Positions 25,901 to 38,694 of a stretch of 64,000 nucleotides of DNA are shown piece after piece. Source of the DNA: Eledone cirrhosa (taxonomy: Eukaryota). The DNA lies in contig OZ024741.1 in NCBI GenBank assembly GCA_964016885.1, positions 166,656,001 to 166,720,000 on the forward strand. The letters are read 5' to 3'. Both the position numbers and the translations under genes were made by a program. The notes under the pieces were generated by a model. It was not told the DNA's origin, made no database searches, and saw only the letters and a program-made list of their open reading frames with translations. Every line of letters begins with the position of its first letter. The first letter of the stretch is position 1.

Positions 25901-26580
25901 CTGGATGTGTAACAGTAATATACGTGAACGGCAAAGCATAAACGAACTAAGGAAAAAATTAGAGATAAGAGGGATCAGATGTTGTTTACTCGAGAGAAGG
26001 CTGCGTTGGACACGTGATGCGCATGAAAGTCGATAGCTGTATAACAAAGTGCAGGGCAATAAAGATAGACGGTAGCCACGGAATAGGCAGACCTAGAAAA
26101 ACCTGGGATGAGCTGATAAACTCCGACCTCACACACTTACACCTCTCCAAGACAATGTCACTGGACCGAGACCTTTGGCGGTACTCAGTAACAGAGAAGA
26201 CCCGCCTTGCCAGTAGGCATCTCTAACAAAATACACCCCGTCCCGCCACCACCCCCACCCCATCCACACCACCCCGTTCTATGTAAAGTTATGTTGGTGC
26301 CGCGCCATCCAGGCCGAAACAAATGAGATCGTGTAGGTGTCACGACAAAAAAACACACAGTCCACGCTGTAATGTGGCCGTGTAGGCAACACGGTAAAAA
26401 CCTCCCAGACCCACACTGTAAATGTGGTTGATGTTAGGAAGGGCATCCAACTGTAGAAAACCTGCCAGACAGTCCTATGCGAGCAAGACAATCACTCTTG
26501 CCTCAAGTGGGACTACCCCCGTCCAAACCCATGCAAGCATGGAACACGGACGTTAAACGTTGATGATGATGATGATGATG
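22990..26580 (+). mobile_element. Near-full-length RTE-clade LINE (RTE-PHD family)
   Basis: Single long APE-RT ORF, 3' UTR with GTTAGGAAGGGCATCC and CCATGCAAGCATGG stem, (GAT)n tail running into (TA)n. The 5' boundary is approximate. Confidence 0.93.
23244..26036 (+). CDS. RTE LINE polyprotein: APE endonuclease and reverse transcriptase with inserted PHD finger
   Basis: IQETRW, AYAPQ, AGDLNGHVG, VDYIL (APE); NYRGIKL, FVDLEKAFDRVP, QGSVLSP, YADD (RT); C4HC3 at 25434-25565. The frame is open from 23127 (GTINVGTL), probably frameshifted in the C-runs. A 5-bp deletion at ~26008 moves the C-terminus into ORF 26014-26226. Confidence 0.92.
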   Translation: MLERKEVDVCCIQETRWRGGSARFIEGKKRCYKLFWVGNDDGLGGVGIMVAEKWADKIIDVNRVNDRIIKIRLVLNRTTVTVISAYAPQSGLPGTIKDRFYETLLLTTSQISDSDYIIIAGDLNGHVGQHCDGYDEIHGGYGFGTRNEEGSRILEFCDANNLTICNTNFKKRDNHLITYRSGEHTSQVDYILTRRRDRVSVVNTKSLPHEECTSQHRLIISDLIVRTRRTRQQKRTILRRKIWKLKDPTARNKFQSILLDAFDSKEEHLESDNIEGQWEFLKANLLLATDEVCGWSRPVGRRRVTWWWNSRVEGSIKAKKQAWKVWRDGGSRVDYQVARREARREVYLARREAEERKFKHVLQRDDQKREVFMIARQCVKENRDIVGEKCVLNDDGILAITDTDKKVAWKCHYERLLNEENKWKKDSLPHIDPIEGPAVLVEGSIISKAIKDMKTGKAAGPSEIVAEMLKASGTVGHTMVTRIVNQVVQNGVVPKDWHSSIIVNCYKGKGDALNRSNYRGIKLIDQVMKVTEKVIAQLIRERIDLDEMQFGFVSGKSTTDALFIVRQLQEKYLAKGKPLYLAFVDLEKAFDRVPRSIIWWALRKLGVDEWLVRAIQAMYKETVSKVRINNEYSEEFSVKVGVHQGSVLSPLLFIIALQAITEEFKTGCPWELLYADDLTLIAESMAELEKKFQTWKHGLKSKGLKINLAKTKVLVCRKENKAAVPSGKWSCSVCRKGVGRNSILCPKCKVWVHKRCSGITGKLTKNIDFTCGRCSGAISSSKCPQNTSSFNCAEGSIEIVDSFRYLGDKISSGGGCSESTVARVRTSWKKFRELIPLLAAKGFSLKMKGRLYDACIRTAMLHGSETWALCAEDIRRLERNEACMLRWMCNSNIRERQSINELRKKLEIRGIRCCLLERRLRWTRDAHESR

Positions 26581-26601
26581 ATATATATTTATATATATAT
26601 A

Positions 26602-26647
<46 letters not shown>

Positions 26648-27026
26648 TAGTCCTTCATCAGTGATCTTCCAACCATCATTGGTATTTCATCGCTTTAAAG
26701 ACCATATACCTCCAGTTGGTGCTAGCAACGGCTAAAAAAAAGTCGTTGGGACAGCGAGAGTGTAAACAAACAAAGATGGTGAAGCAACGAAAAGTGAGGA
26801 AGAACGAGTCAAGTCCCAAATTTCCATGAATATAAGTTCGGTGAAATCGTGAACGAGAGAGAATAAAGACCATCAAACCTGGTTGGAATGTGAGCAAGGA
26901 AAGAATTCCGTACAGGTCTAATGGGAGGAAGAAGGAATCTAGTCTGTGAATTCGGTGAACATAAGTTCTGTGAAATCGTAGATGAGAGAGAGAAAAAAGG
27001 CGAACCAGCCTGACCAAGCGTGCGAA

Positions 27027-27085
<59 letters not shown>

Positions 27086-27107
27086 TATATATATATATAT
27101 ATATATA

Positions 27108-29290
27108 TAGTCTGCTTCTCCCTGCTTTCAAGGGTGGGACGGGACCTATTCAGCACAGCATCTCTCCACTTGTCATGGTCCTTCGCCATCTCCACCAAGA
27201 GCTTCAACGGTCTGAGGTTTGCTCTCACCACCTCCGCCCATATTTTTTGTGGTCTACATCTACCATGTCTTCCTTCAACTGGCATTTCTTCACCCATCGG
27301 TCATCCTCCATGCGCATCACATGTCCATACCACCGCAGTCTCCTCTCTCGCATACTACAATCTATCCCTCTCAGACAGTTTTTCTCTCAACACATCCATG
27401 CTCGGTCGTTCACGCACATTGACATTGCACATCCAACAGACCATGTTTGCCTCATTTCTCTCCAGCCGTCGCATATCCTCTGCAGTTGCTGCCCATGTCT
27501 CACTACCATGCAGCATATAACCAGCCTTTTGCATGCAGGGAGAAACCCTTCTTCGTCAGCAGAGGAAGCAACTCCCTAAACTTCTTCCAACCCGTCCTTA
27601 TTCTAGATACTATGGCCTCGGAACACCCCCTCCCATGCTAATCTGATCACCTAGGTACCGGAAGCTATCAACCACTTCTATAGTACCCACCTGTATTTGA
27701 AACATGTGTCTATCAATGCGATTACTACTATCCCTGTACATCTACTGCATACGTATTTCTCCCTACCTGTTAGTTTTCCTGCTATCCCACTACATCTCTT
27801 GTGTACCAAAGATCTGCATTGTGTGCATTTTATAGAATTTATGCCAGTTCCTATTCTGCATATCAAACATGGCCATTTCCCTGATGGAATCAGAGTTTTG
27901 TCCTCTTTTCTACTCATCAACACTTTTGTTTTAGCTATGTTCACTGTCAGGCCTCTTGATTCCAAATGCTGTTTCCATAGCCAGAATTTATTCTCTAGCT
28001 CCTCTACTGATTCTGCTATAAGAACCAGATCGTCAGCATAGAGAAGTTCCCATGGACAGCCAGTCTTAAACTCCTCTGTTATGGCTTGGAGGACTATAAT
28101 GAACAAGAACCGGCTGAGGACCGAACTCTGATGTGCTCCTACTTGTATCTGGAATTCCTCACTAAAATCCATTCTACCCTCACTTTACTGACAGCACTTT
28201 TGTACAAAGTTTTCACTGTCCTCACAAGCCATTCCACAACACCTAGTTTCCTTAGGGACCACCAGATGACAGATCGGGGTACCCTATCAAAGGCCTTCTC
28301 TAGGTCAACAAAAGCTAAGTATAGTGGCTTATTCTTCTCTAAGAACCTCTCTTGTAGTTGCCTCACTAAGAAGAGGGCATCTGTTGTACTTTTCCCAGGC
28401 ACAAAACCAAACTGCATGTCATCTATTTTGACCCTTTCTCTAATTAGTTGTGCTAGCACTTTTTCTGTCACTTTCATAACCTGATCCATCAGTTTTATGT
28501 CCCTATAATTGCTTCTGTCCAAAGCATCCCCTTTACCTTTGTAGCAATTTACAAGAATACTGCTGTACCAGTCTTTGGGTATGACTCTGCCATATATAGC
28601 TTGTTTGACTATGCGTGCAACCAGTTTAGTGCCTACTTCTCCTGATGCCTTCAGCATCTCAGCAACTATCCCTGATGGTCCAGCGGCCTTACCACTTTTC
28701 ATTTCCTTAATTGTCTCTTTGACCCTATAATCATCAATCTCAATAGCTGGTCCCTCTGTTGGGTCTGTTGAGGGTAGTTTCTCTCTCTCTCCTATTCATT
28801 CTAAACATTCATCAGTCTCTCCTAATGACATTTCCAGGCCTCCTTTTTCTGATCATTCGTGACACTAAGTACACTGGCATCATTCCAGACACATTTATCT
28901 CCAACAACATCATGATTTGCATTGACACGCTGCCTTGACAACATTGCATTGACAACACTGCATTGACAACACTGCATTGACAACACTGCATTGACAACAC
29001 TGCATTGACAACACTGCACGTCTCTGATCTTCCCGTCGCAGAACATTGGCAAACCTCCTACTTTCAGCCTCCCTGCATGCTAAGTACACCTGACGTCTAG
29101 CTTCTCTCTTAGCGGCTGTATATCCTTCTCTACTCCGAGCCTTATTCCAAGCCTTCTATGCTAGTCTTTTGTCTCTAATAACCCTACCTACTGTGCTGTT
29201 CCACCACCAGGTCACTCTCTGTCTGGTTGGAGCTCTGCTCCAGCCACAAGTTTCATCAGTAGCCTGCAATAAGTTGTCATGTAAGAAATT
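27108..29290 (-). mobile_element. Decayed RTE-PHD LINE (second subfamily), 5'-truncated
   Basis: ORFs 28139-28702 and 27678-28172 (RT, LYADD, CLIC..CTQC..H..C..CSRC); very similar to 10190-11455; contains a 14-bp CATTGACAACACTG expansion at ~28920-29018. Confidence 0.9.
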
Positions 29291-29362
29291 CCATCTTGAA
29301 GGGCTTTCCTAAATACATATATATATGTATATATATGTGTGTGTGTGTGTGTGTGTATATAT

Positions 29363-29668
29363 ATTGGCCTTGCAATCGAAAGGTTGTGAGTTCAATTCTC
29401 AGACCAGGTGATGTGTTGTTTCCTTGAGCAAGACACTTTATTTCACATTGCTCCAGTTTACTCAGCTGTAGAAATGAGATGATAGGGACTGGGGTCCCTA
29501 TCATTCCACTGCAAAGTGGATGTGTAGGCGCCATGGCAAAAAAGCTCCCAGCACTCACTGTAAATGAGGTTGGTGTTAGGAAGGGCATCCAGCTGTAGAA
29601 ATCAAGCCAGAATCAGTTCCCGTTCCACCCTTGCAAGCAGGGAAAACCGAACGTAAAATGATGATGAT
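29363..29668 (+). mobile_element. tRNA/CORE SINE with RTE tail
   Basis: Same family as 14283-14629, slightly 5'-truncated. Confidence 0.8.
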
Positions 29669-29669
29669 G

Positions 29670-29700
<31 letters not shown>

Positions 29701-30657
29701 ATGTGTGTGATCATTTTAGAGCTGCTTTTCCAAGTTTGCCTGACACACAAAACTTTGAAGAGCAAGTGTAAGTCGTTTAAATGCTACATTCACAAATATG
29801 TATAACACACACATTGTGCTACAGACAGTTGGTTTTGTATTTGAATATATGAATAAATATAGAAATCACATATCCACCCACATGTATGTGTATGTGTTTG
29901 AGTGCTGGACCTGTATCAGTTTACATACTGAGTGTTCCAGTTGTTTGAACAAAGGAACAAACTTCTGGTGAAATTCGTGTGTAAGTAACTCAGCATTCCA
30001 CAAACACATATAACCTTAACATAGTTATCAGCCACTGGATAGATATCACAACACTGATTACAGGAAAAATGACTCATGCCAGCCTATCTGGGCTCTGGTT
30101 AATACCAATAATAATTGTTTCTACTTTTGGCACAAGGCCAACAATTAATCCCCAGCAGGATTTGAACTCAGACCTAAAGGGCCGTAACTCTATGCTGCAA
30201 AGCATGGCGTTCAACCCTCTACTGATACTGCCAATCCACTGCCCTTCAATAATAATGCTAGCATCAATAACACTATTTATAGGATAGATATATAAATACT
30301 TGCTTTTGTAAAAAACAGAATAGGAAAAGAAAAATCACTTAGTATAATTCATCTTTCAATGCTCAGACCAAGGGCCATTTACCCTCTAATTTACTCCCTA
30401 TTATCAGGAAGTCTTTCCTACCAACACAAAAATAATAAATTTTTAATTAATTTACAATTAAACATTCCTTCTCTAAATAATTTACAATTAAATATTCCTT
30501 CTCTACCATGCCTAATCTCCAACAAATGATTGATGTGTCTAATATCTCAAAACTAAGAATTGGTGAGGCAATTGAAAATAGCTCAACACAAAACAGAAGG
30601 CCCAAGTTAAGTTCCATGATAACAGACATGACCTCATTAAATCATATTAATCATAGT

Positions 30658-30845
30658 AATAATTGTTTCTGCTTTTGGCACAAGGCCAGCAATTGTCCCA
30701 GTGTATTACTGGTACTTTATTTTATCGAACCCGTAAGGACGAAAGGCAAAGTTAACCTCGGCGGGATTTGAATTCAGACCATAAAGGGCCGTAACTCTAT
30801 GCTGCAAAGCATGGCGTCCAACCTTCTACCGATACTGCCAATCAC
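30658..30845 (-). mobile_element. MetaSINE-like copy (partial copy also at 30112-30245)
   Basis: Reverse complement of the 484-669 family. Confidence 0.75.
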
Positions 30846-30960
30846 TACTGAATTCAAGCATAATAGCTGAGTTACTGAACGACAGTAGCCCTCAACCACT
30901 TTCTCAGCCATCATTATATATATTATATATATATATATATTTTTTTATTTTATAGAAGGA

Positions 30961-31009
30961 GCTTCTACAGGACTAGTACTGTTTCATTCAGATGAAATCT
31001 TCAGGAAGC
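30961..31009 (-). ncRNA. Type-I hammerhead ribozyme motif with intact core, inside a ~135-bp element (30945-31080)
   Basis: Minus strand: GCUUC-CUGAAGA-UUUC AUCU GAAU-GAAA-CAG UACUAGUC CUG-UA-GAAGC. Helix I 5 bp, helix III 4 bp, GUA site, weak helix II. Confidence 0.65.
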
Positions 31010-31090
31010 ACAAATTTTACTCCGCCATGTATTGAGTACCTTACTTACTGTGGTTATCCCCGACTCAACCAGGGGCCTACGTGTGTATGT

Positions 31091-31130
<40 letters not shown>

Positions 31131-31133
<3 letters not shown>

Positions 31134-31305
31134 TTAGTGGTTAGAGCATTGGGCTTGCAATCGAAAGGTTGTGAGTTCAATTCTCAGACCGGGCGATGTG
31201 CTGTTTCCTTGAGCAAGACACTTTATTTCACATTGCTCCAGTTTACTCAGCTGTAGAAATCAAGCCAGAATCAGGGAAAAGCGGACATAAAATGATGATG
31301 ATGAT
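31131..31305 (+). mobile_element. Internally deleted tRNA/CORE SINE
   Basis: Head and CORE joined directly to the (GAT)n tail at the shared CAGCTGTAGAAAT motif. Confidence 0.75.
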
Positions 31306-31306
31306 G

Positions 31307-31354
<48 letters not shown>

Positions 31355-31382
31355 AAATGATATATATATATATATATACAAA

Positions 31383-34300
31383 ATGTTACTCTTTTACTCT
31401 TTTACCTGTTTCAGCCATCCGGCTGAGGCCATGCTGGGGCACTGCCCTTGTTGCTACACATTTCATCTCCAGCCTGTATTGATTGGCCACTGGTGCAAGA
31501 GGGAGTTCGTTGCTGCTGCCCTTAGGTTTCCCTCGTGCCTTGCTGTAGGCTCATCCGGGATCCTGGATAGCAAGGTGTTGAAATGTTTCTTCAAGATCCA
31601 CACCCACACCATGCAGATCTCTCAGATCCCTCGGCAGCTTGTTAAAGAGTTAAAGGCCCTTGAACCCCAGGCTATTGCAATATCTGCTTCTTATTCTAGA
31701 TGTGGAAGACGGGACCTTTGGCACCGCACAGTGACGTCCTGTTCGACGGTTGGTCCAGCTCCCAATGCCAAAGTTTGGTGCTAGTCCCTTCAGGATTTTC
31801 CACATGTAGATCACTGCATATCTCTCCCGTCTTCGTTCCAAGGAGTAGAGGTTCAGTTCTTTTAGCCTCTCCCTCATCTTGGCAATCCTCTTGGTGTAGC
31901 TTCGCTGGATTGCCTCAAGTTCCGTGGTTAGTTTGACACTATGGGGTGACCACAACTGGGAGCAATAGTCCAGGCAGCTTAGGACAAATGTCTTCCATAA
32001 TGTCAACATGGTGTCTCGGTCTCTTGTCCGGAAAGTCCTCAAGATCCAGCCAGCGAGTCGTCTGCACATTGTCGCCACTTTCATGATGTGTGAGGAAAAA
32101 GATTCATCATCGCTCATGTCTATACCCGGGTCTCGTATCAATTTCGACACGGGGATATTGGTCCCTCCTGGTCCGGCGTAACTGTGTTGTACTGTATTTG
32201 TGTTTTCAGGTTTGTATTGTAGGGCTTGGAATTTTCCAGCATTAAGCTGCATGTTGTTGTCTTCCGCCCATTTGTATATGGCATCCAGATCTTGTTGTAA
32301 AAGGGCAGTGTCAGCCGGGTTTTTGATTGCCTGTGCTAACTTAGTGTCATCAGCATAGCTAGTGAGGGATGTTGTTGTATGTACTACAGAGGGCATGTCT
32401 GAGAGAGCCACCAAAAACAGTAGTGGCCCCAGGACTGTGCCTTGGGGCACACCACTTGTTATTGATGTTTCTTTGAGAGGTCACCGTTTGCTGCGACTGT
32501 CTGGCTTCTGTCCTTTAAGAAGTCATGCAGCCACTCACCTACTTTTCCAGTTATGCCGAGTCCATGTAGTTTGTGACATATCATTCCATGGTGGACCTTG
32601 TCAAAGGTCTTCGCAAAGTCAAGATATATCACGTCCACATGTGAGCTGTCTAGCAGTTGTTTCAGTACCCAGTCGTAGTGATGTAGGAGCTGTATAAGGC
32701 AGCTTCTTCCTGGGCGAAAGCCATGCTGCGTGTTAGTCAGGCAGTCATTTTCCTCAAGGAAAGTGATCAGTTTCTTTCTGATGATTCGCTCCATGACCTT
32801 ACTGATATGTGATGTTAGGGAGACTGGCCTATAGTTTTTGGCCTCCGCTTTGCTACCTCCTTTATGGATAGGGCATATTGTGCCTTCTTTCAGCTCCCTG
32901 GGTAGTATACCACTAGCCAAGGAGCTTCTGAAGAGCATCTTCAGTGGATTTGCTAAGGCCTGCTTACATGTTTTTAAGAGGATTGCTGGGGAATCCATCA
33001 GGTCCAGCAGCTGAGTCTGTTCTAATTTCATCTATGGTGTATATCACATCCTCCTCCATTATGTCTATGTGGTTGATGGTCGCCGTTTCTTCATGGAGTG
33101 TTGTGGCATCAAAGAACTCCTCTGGCTTTGTTGTTTGCATGTGCCTCAGTGGACATGTGAACACACTTTTGTACTGTTCGTTCAGTAATTCACTTATCTC
33201 TTGGGGATTCTCGGTTAATGAACCATCTGTATGGAAGAGTGGCCCAATCTTGCAGTGTACCGAGGCAGTTTCTTTTGCAAATTTAAAGAAGGCCTTAGGG
33301 TTTGTTTTAATATTTTCTATGGCCCTGCTTTCTTTCTTTGCTCTCTCATTTTCATGGGAAAGTTTAAGTGCAATCTCGGTGTCAAGTAGTGCACGTTTCA
33401 AATAGGATTCCTTCTTGTTTTTGTTTCCTTGTGCATTCAACTGGTTTGAGAGCTTGGTTCTTCGTCTCATAAGGATTTTCCTATCTCTGGGAATGAGATT
33501 TTTGTGTCTGTTGGCCTTTTTGTCCGGGATATACTTTTGGCATATAGTGTGTATCGTTGTCATGAAGTGTTGAAATTGTGTGTTGGTGTCTTTTGTGGCG
33601 GTGTTTTCGCACCATATTTGCTTCCAGATTTCTCTCTTGATCTTTTTCCAGTTAGCCTTGTAAAAGTTAAGGCTGGATAAGATAAGGTCCCGGTGCTTAT
33701 TGATGGTTGTTGTGTCTCTGTTGGTTCCCTCGGACCACATAGCATTAGTTCTACTAAGTTATGATCCGAGAAAATTGTTGGTGTCACCTTTACATTGTGG
33801 ATGAGCACTTCGTTGTTTGTAAAACAGAGGTCCAGGACATTCTCGCCTCTTGTTGGGAGGAGTACTGCTTGTTCCATGAACAGCCTGTGTGTCAGGGCCA
33901 GCAGGGACTCCATCTGTCTCTGTTCTATTGATGTCATTCCAGGGAGGAGGTGGCCCTCAGGCCATTTGACCTTTGGCAGGTTGAAGTCTCCCAGCAGTAG
34001 AATGTTGAGACTCTGATCCAGTTTGTCAAGGACCTCTTCTATCCTACTGAGGCTATCCTCAAATTTACCCTCATGACTGGGGGCATCGGGCGGCCCGATA
34101 TGTGACACATATTACTGTCTTTAGTTGCTTCATATGTACTATCAGTGTGTCACAGACTGAGTTTGAATGTGTCAACAGTACAATTAGTGTGATATCTTCA
34201 CGGATATACAGAGCAACCCCACCACGAGTTCTCTCCTTCCTGTCAGAATGAAATACAGTATATTTCTGTATATGTATTTCTGCATCTGCTATACTGATTG

Positions 34301-34820
34301 TCAGGTGCGTTTCAGTTAGTGCCATGCATAATGCTTGATTGCTTATGGGTAAGTCTCCCAGGTAGGAAATTTTACTCATGTTAGTGAGTTTCACCAGGCC
34401 TCTGACATTCAGCAGCAGTACTGGTGTGACTTTTGGGGTGCCAGCAATGGCTGTCGGTATGACACCTGGCCCAGTGTAAACGGCGGCCACTCTGGGTCCC
34501 TTAGCTGTGGTGGTCTCGAGTGCTGGTGTGGGTGATCCTGACTCTGAAAACGATGCAGCCAAGTCAGCTGTCCCACAATCTTCTCTGCCATCACTAAAAA
34601 ATTTTTCTGCTCTGCTGCTGCCATCTGTATCTCGTCGGCATATGCATGCCTTCTCCTTGTTGGAGCGGCATGCGCGACATCAGCATACTTCTGGAGCGGC
34701 TTGTTATAGTTTTGGCTGGGGGATGTTGTGCAAATAGGATGGGCATAGTTCGCTTGGGGCCTGGGGTGACCAAATCTGCAGACTGTCCCTGTCTCTCCAT
34801 GCCAGCAGGTCCCTGAAGAA

Positions 34821-34822
<2 letters not shown>
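31383..34822 (-). mobile_element. CR1/L2-group LINE with frameshifted APE-RT ORF2
   Basis: ORFs 34071-34562 (LNVRGL, LTETHL), 33560-34108 (GDFNLP, LDLCF, SDHN), 32964-33740, 32459-33031 (NYRPVSLTS, QHGFR, YLDFAK) and 31650-32450 (PQGTVLGP, YADD); (AGTAAAAG)n tail at ~31385-31405. Confidence 0.9.
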
Positions 34823-34867
<45 letters not shown>

Positions 34868-35030
34868 TATATATCATATATTATATATATATATAAATAT
34901 ATATATATATGATATATTATATATATATATATATTTATATTATATATATATATATATATATTTATATTATATATATATTTATATTATATATATATTTATA
35001 TTATATATATATATATATTTATATTATATA

Positions 35031-36440
35031 TTCATCATCATCATGGTTTAACGTCTATCTTCCATGCCAGCATGGGTTAGACGGAAATTGTCCCACTTGA
35101 GGCAAGATTGGTCGGGTGATTGTGTCTCGCTCATATAGGACTGTCTGGTGGGTTTTCTATGGCTGGATGCCCTTCCTAACACCAACCACATTTACAGTGT
35201 GGACTGGGAGGTTTTTACCATGTTACCTACACGGCCACATTACAGCGTGGACTGTGTGTTTTTTTGTCGTGACACCCACACGACCTCATTAGTTTGGACT
35301 GGATGTTGTGGTACCTACATAACTTTATAGAGAAAGGATGGTGTTGGTGGGAGTGGAAGGATGGAGTAGGGGTAGTGGGTTGGGGTGTATATTTGGTTAA
35401 GAGGTGCCTACTGACTACAGGTTTCGCTTTGTACATAGGCAAGGCGGGTCTTCCGTATTACTGCGTGGCGCCAAATATCTCAGTCCAGTGACATTGTCTT
35501 AAAGAGGTGTAAGTGTGTAAGGTCGGAATTTATCAAATCGCCCCAGGTTTTTCTGGGTCTACCTACTCAGTACCTTCCATCAATTTTGATCACCCTGCAC
35601 ATTTTTATACAGCTGTCGTCTTTCATGCGCATCACGTGACCATACCAAAGTAGACTTCTCTCAAGTAAACAGCCTCTGATCCCTCTTATTCCTAATTTCT
35701 CACTTAGTTCGTTTATGTTTTGCTGTTTGTGTATATTACTATTACACATCCAATGGAGCAAGCATGCTTTGTTCCTCTCCAGTCTTCGTAGGTCTTCTGC
35801 ACACAATGCCTATGTCTCACTGCCATGTAGCATTGCTGTTCATATACAGGCATCATACAATCTGCCTTCCATTTTTAGAGAAACCTTTTGTGGCCAACAG
35901 CGGTATACGCTCTCTGAACTTTTTCCATCCCATTCTGACTCTGGCTACTGTACTTTCAGATCACTCTCCACCACTGCTGATTTTGTCACCCAGGTAACGG
36001 AAAATGTCCACTATTTCTGTAGAACCATCTGGGCAATAGAAGGAGCTAGTATCCTGTCGGCACTTGCTACTTATTGCACCTGAGCATCAGACACATAAAA
36101 TCTACGTTCTTAGAAGATAGCTTACCTGTCATCCCACTACATCTTTTATGTACCCATACTTTGCATTTGGGACATAAAATGGAATTTCTACCTACTCCTT
36201 TCCTACACACTGAGCATGGCCATTTCCCAGAAGGCACCTGTACCCTATTTTCCTTTCTATATACTAGAACTTCAGTCTTAGACAAGTTAACTTTAAGGCC
36301 TTTTGATTGTAGGCCATACTTCCATGTGTGGAATTTCTTCTCTAATTCAGCCATTGATTCAGCTATGAGAGTTAGATCATCTGCGTATATAAGTTCCCAT
36401 GAGCAGCCAGTCTTAAACCCCTCTGTTATAGCCTGAAGGG
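35031..36440 (-). mobile_element. 5'-truncated RTE-PHD LINE copy
   Basis: ORF 36067-36528 (LIYADD, CSVC..CPKC..WVH..C) and 35567-35806; 3' UTR and (GAT)n tail; flanked by (TA)n. A further tail fragment lies at 36727-36910 (+). Confidence 0.88.
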
Positions 36441-36441
36441 C

Positions 36442-36477
<36 letters not shown>

Positions 36478-36673
36478 ATATATCCATGAAACTAATATTA
36501 ACATTTTGTACTGCCTCTTCGCTTCCATGTTATTGTTTTTTTGTTTACTGTTTCAACTATAATATATATATTATATATATATATATATATATTATATATA
36601 TTATATATATATATAGTATATATATTATATATATATATAATATATATATTATATATATATATAATATATTTAT

Positions 36674-36707
<34 letters not shown>

Positions 36708-36908
36708 ATAATATATATATTATATTAGGCAACACGGTAAAAACCTCCCAGCCCCACACTGTAAATGTGGTTGGTGTTAGGAAGGGCATCCAACTGTAGA
36801 AAACCCGCCAGACAGTCCTATGCGAGCAAGACAACGACTCTTGCCTCAAGTGGGAAAACTCCCGTCCAAACCCATGCAAGCATGGAACATGGACGTTAAA
36901 CGATGATG

Positions 36909-36971
<63 letters not shown>

Positions 36972-37091
36972 TATATATTATATATATATAATATATATAT
37001 ATATTATATATATATATATTATATATATATAATATATATATATATATTATATATATATAATATATATATATATATTATATATATATAATAT

Positions 37092-37153
<62 letters not shown>

Positions 37154-37185
37154 AAAGAATAGAGGTGTAACATGATGATGATATA

Positions 37186-37702
37186 TCTATATATATAAAA
37201 CTGTGGTTGTCTGTCTGTCTATCGATTTTTGGCACACATCTCCTCTTAGAATCTCTGACGGAATTGCACCGAAATTGCTAGACTTGTACATTGAGCCCTA
37301 GCGAAGACATCGGAAAAAAAAAAATTTCAAATTGACCCACCCTATGTGACGAAATCGAATATAATGTATCGATTTTTGAGCGTAAGTTATCAGTTATTTC
37401 CCTTTGTTCTGTTTACATTGAGCGTCTTACGTAAAAAATTACGCTGGCTTTCTCAGTCTTTGTTAATAAATAACCAGTGCAGTTTTTATCCCCAGCATCC
37501 TCTTTTGTTATAACATTCGGGTTATCGTTATGTTTTCTTAACTTCATAAGGCATATTGTTGGTTGAGGGAATATTAATCAAAAACACCACATGCAAGTCT
37601 GCACAGTAGACACTACAGTTTTTAAGCCAAAAAAGAAACTTAACATTGTAACTTTAACACAGCTACTGAGGGACCCCGAGCAACGCCGGGCTTTACTGCT
37701 AG
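37186..37702 (+). mobile_element. Non-autonomous Helitron, copy 1 (short form)
   Basis: A|TCTCTATATATAAAACTGTGG ... CCCGAGCAACGCCGGG-CTTTACTG-CTAG|T. Confidence 0.85.
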
Positions 37703-38694
37703 TATATATATATATATATAAAACTGTGGTTGTCTGTCTGTCTATCGATTTTTGGCACACATCTCCTCTTAGAATCTCTGACGGAATTGCACCGAAATTG
37801 CTATACTTGTACATTGAGCCCTAGCGAAGACATCGGAAAAAAAATAATTTCAAATTGACCCACCCTATGTGACGAAATCGAATATAATGTATCGATTTTT
37901 GAGCGTAAGTTATCAGTTATTTCCCTTTGTTCTGTTTACATTGATCGTCTTACGTAAAAAATTACGCTGGCTTTCTCAGCGTTTAAAATGACATTAACAC
38001 AATACACGAACAGTTGTCGAGCCAGCAAAATATTGACCTGCAAAATTCATCAGTTCGAACACTAAGCTTCCGTTTTGCTTCATTTCCATTTAAAAGCATT
38101 TTAAAACAATATTTTTACTTGAAAACAAGTCTATTTAAAGACTACGTAAAACAAGCAAATATTTCGTCGTTAGGCGTGCAGACAGACAGTCGTGCAGACA
38201 GACAGTCGTGCAGAGAGGTGATATAGGCGTGCAGACAGACAGTCGTGCAGAGAGGTGATATAGGCGTGCAGACAGACAGTCGTGCAGAGAGTTGATATAG
38301 GCGTGCAGACAGACAGTCGTGCAGAGAGGTGATATAGGCGTGCAGACAGATAGTCGTGCAGAGAGGTGATATAGGCGTGCAGACAGACATAACTGATAAT
38401 TTGGTTACGCTAATGTTTTTCTCTGCGTTGCAGTGTTTACATTTTCGATCTTTGTTAATAAATAACCAGTGCAGTTTCTATCCCCAGCATCCTCTTTTGT
38501 TATAACATTCGGGTTATCGTTATGTTTTCTTAACTTCATAAGGCATATTGTTGGTTGAGGGAATATTAATCAAAAACACCACATGCAAGTCTGCACAGTA
38601 GACACTACAGTTTTTAAGCCAAGAAAGAAACTTAACATTGTAACTTTAACACAGCTACTGAGCGACCCCGAGCAACGCCGGGCTTTACTGCTAG
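37703..38694 (+). mobile_element. Non-autonomous Helitron, copy 2 (tandem, longer, with 37-bp internal array)
   Basis: Same body and 3' hairpin plus CTAG; an extra ~470 bp includes ATATAGGCGTGCAGACAGACAGTCGTGCAGAGAGGTG x~5 (38172-38389). Confidence 0.85.

Noticed and set aside
26645-26790. Hammerhead in the repeat shared with 17975-18110 (minus-strand CTGA(T/C)GAAGGACTA)
   Set aside because: Only the 5' core is present, and a downstream GAAA and helices could not be assembled; probably a PLE-derived fragment.
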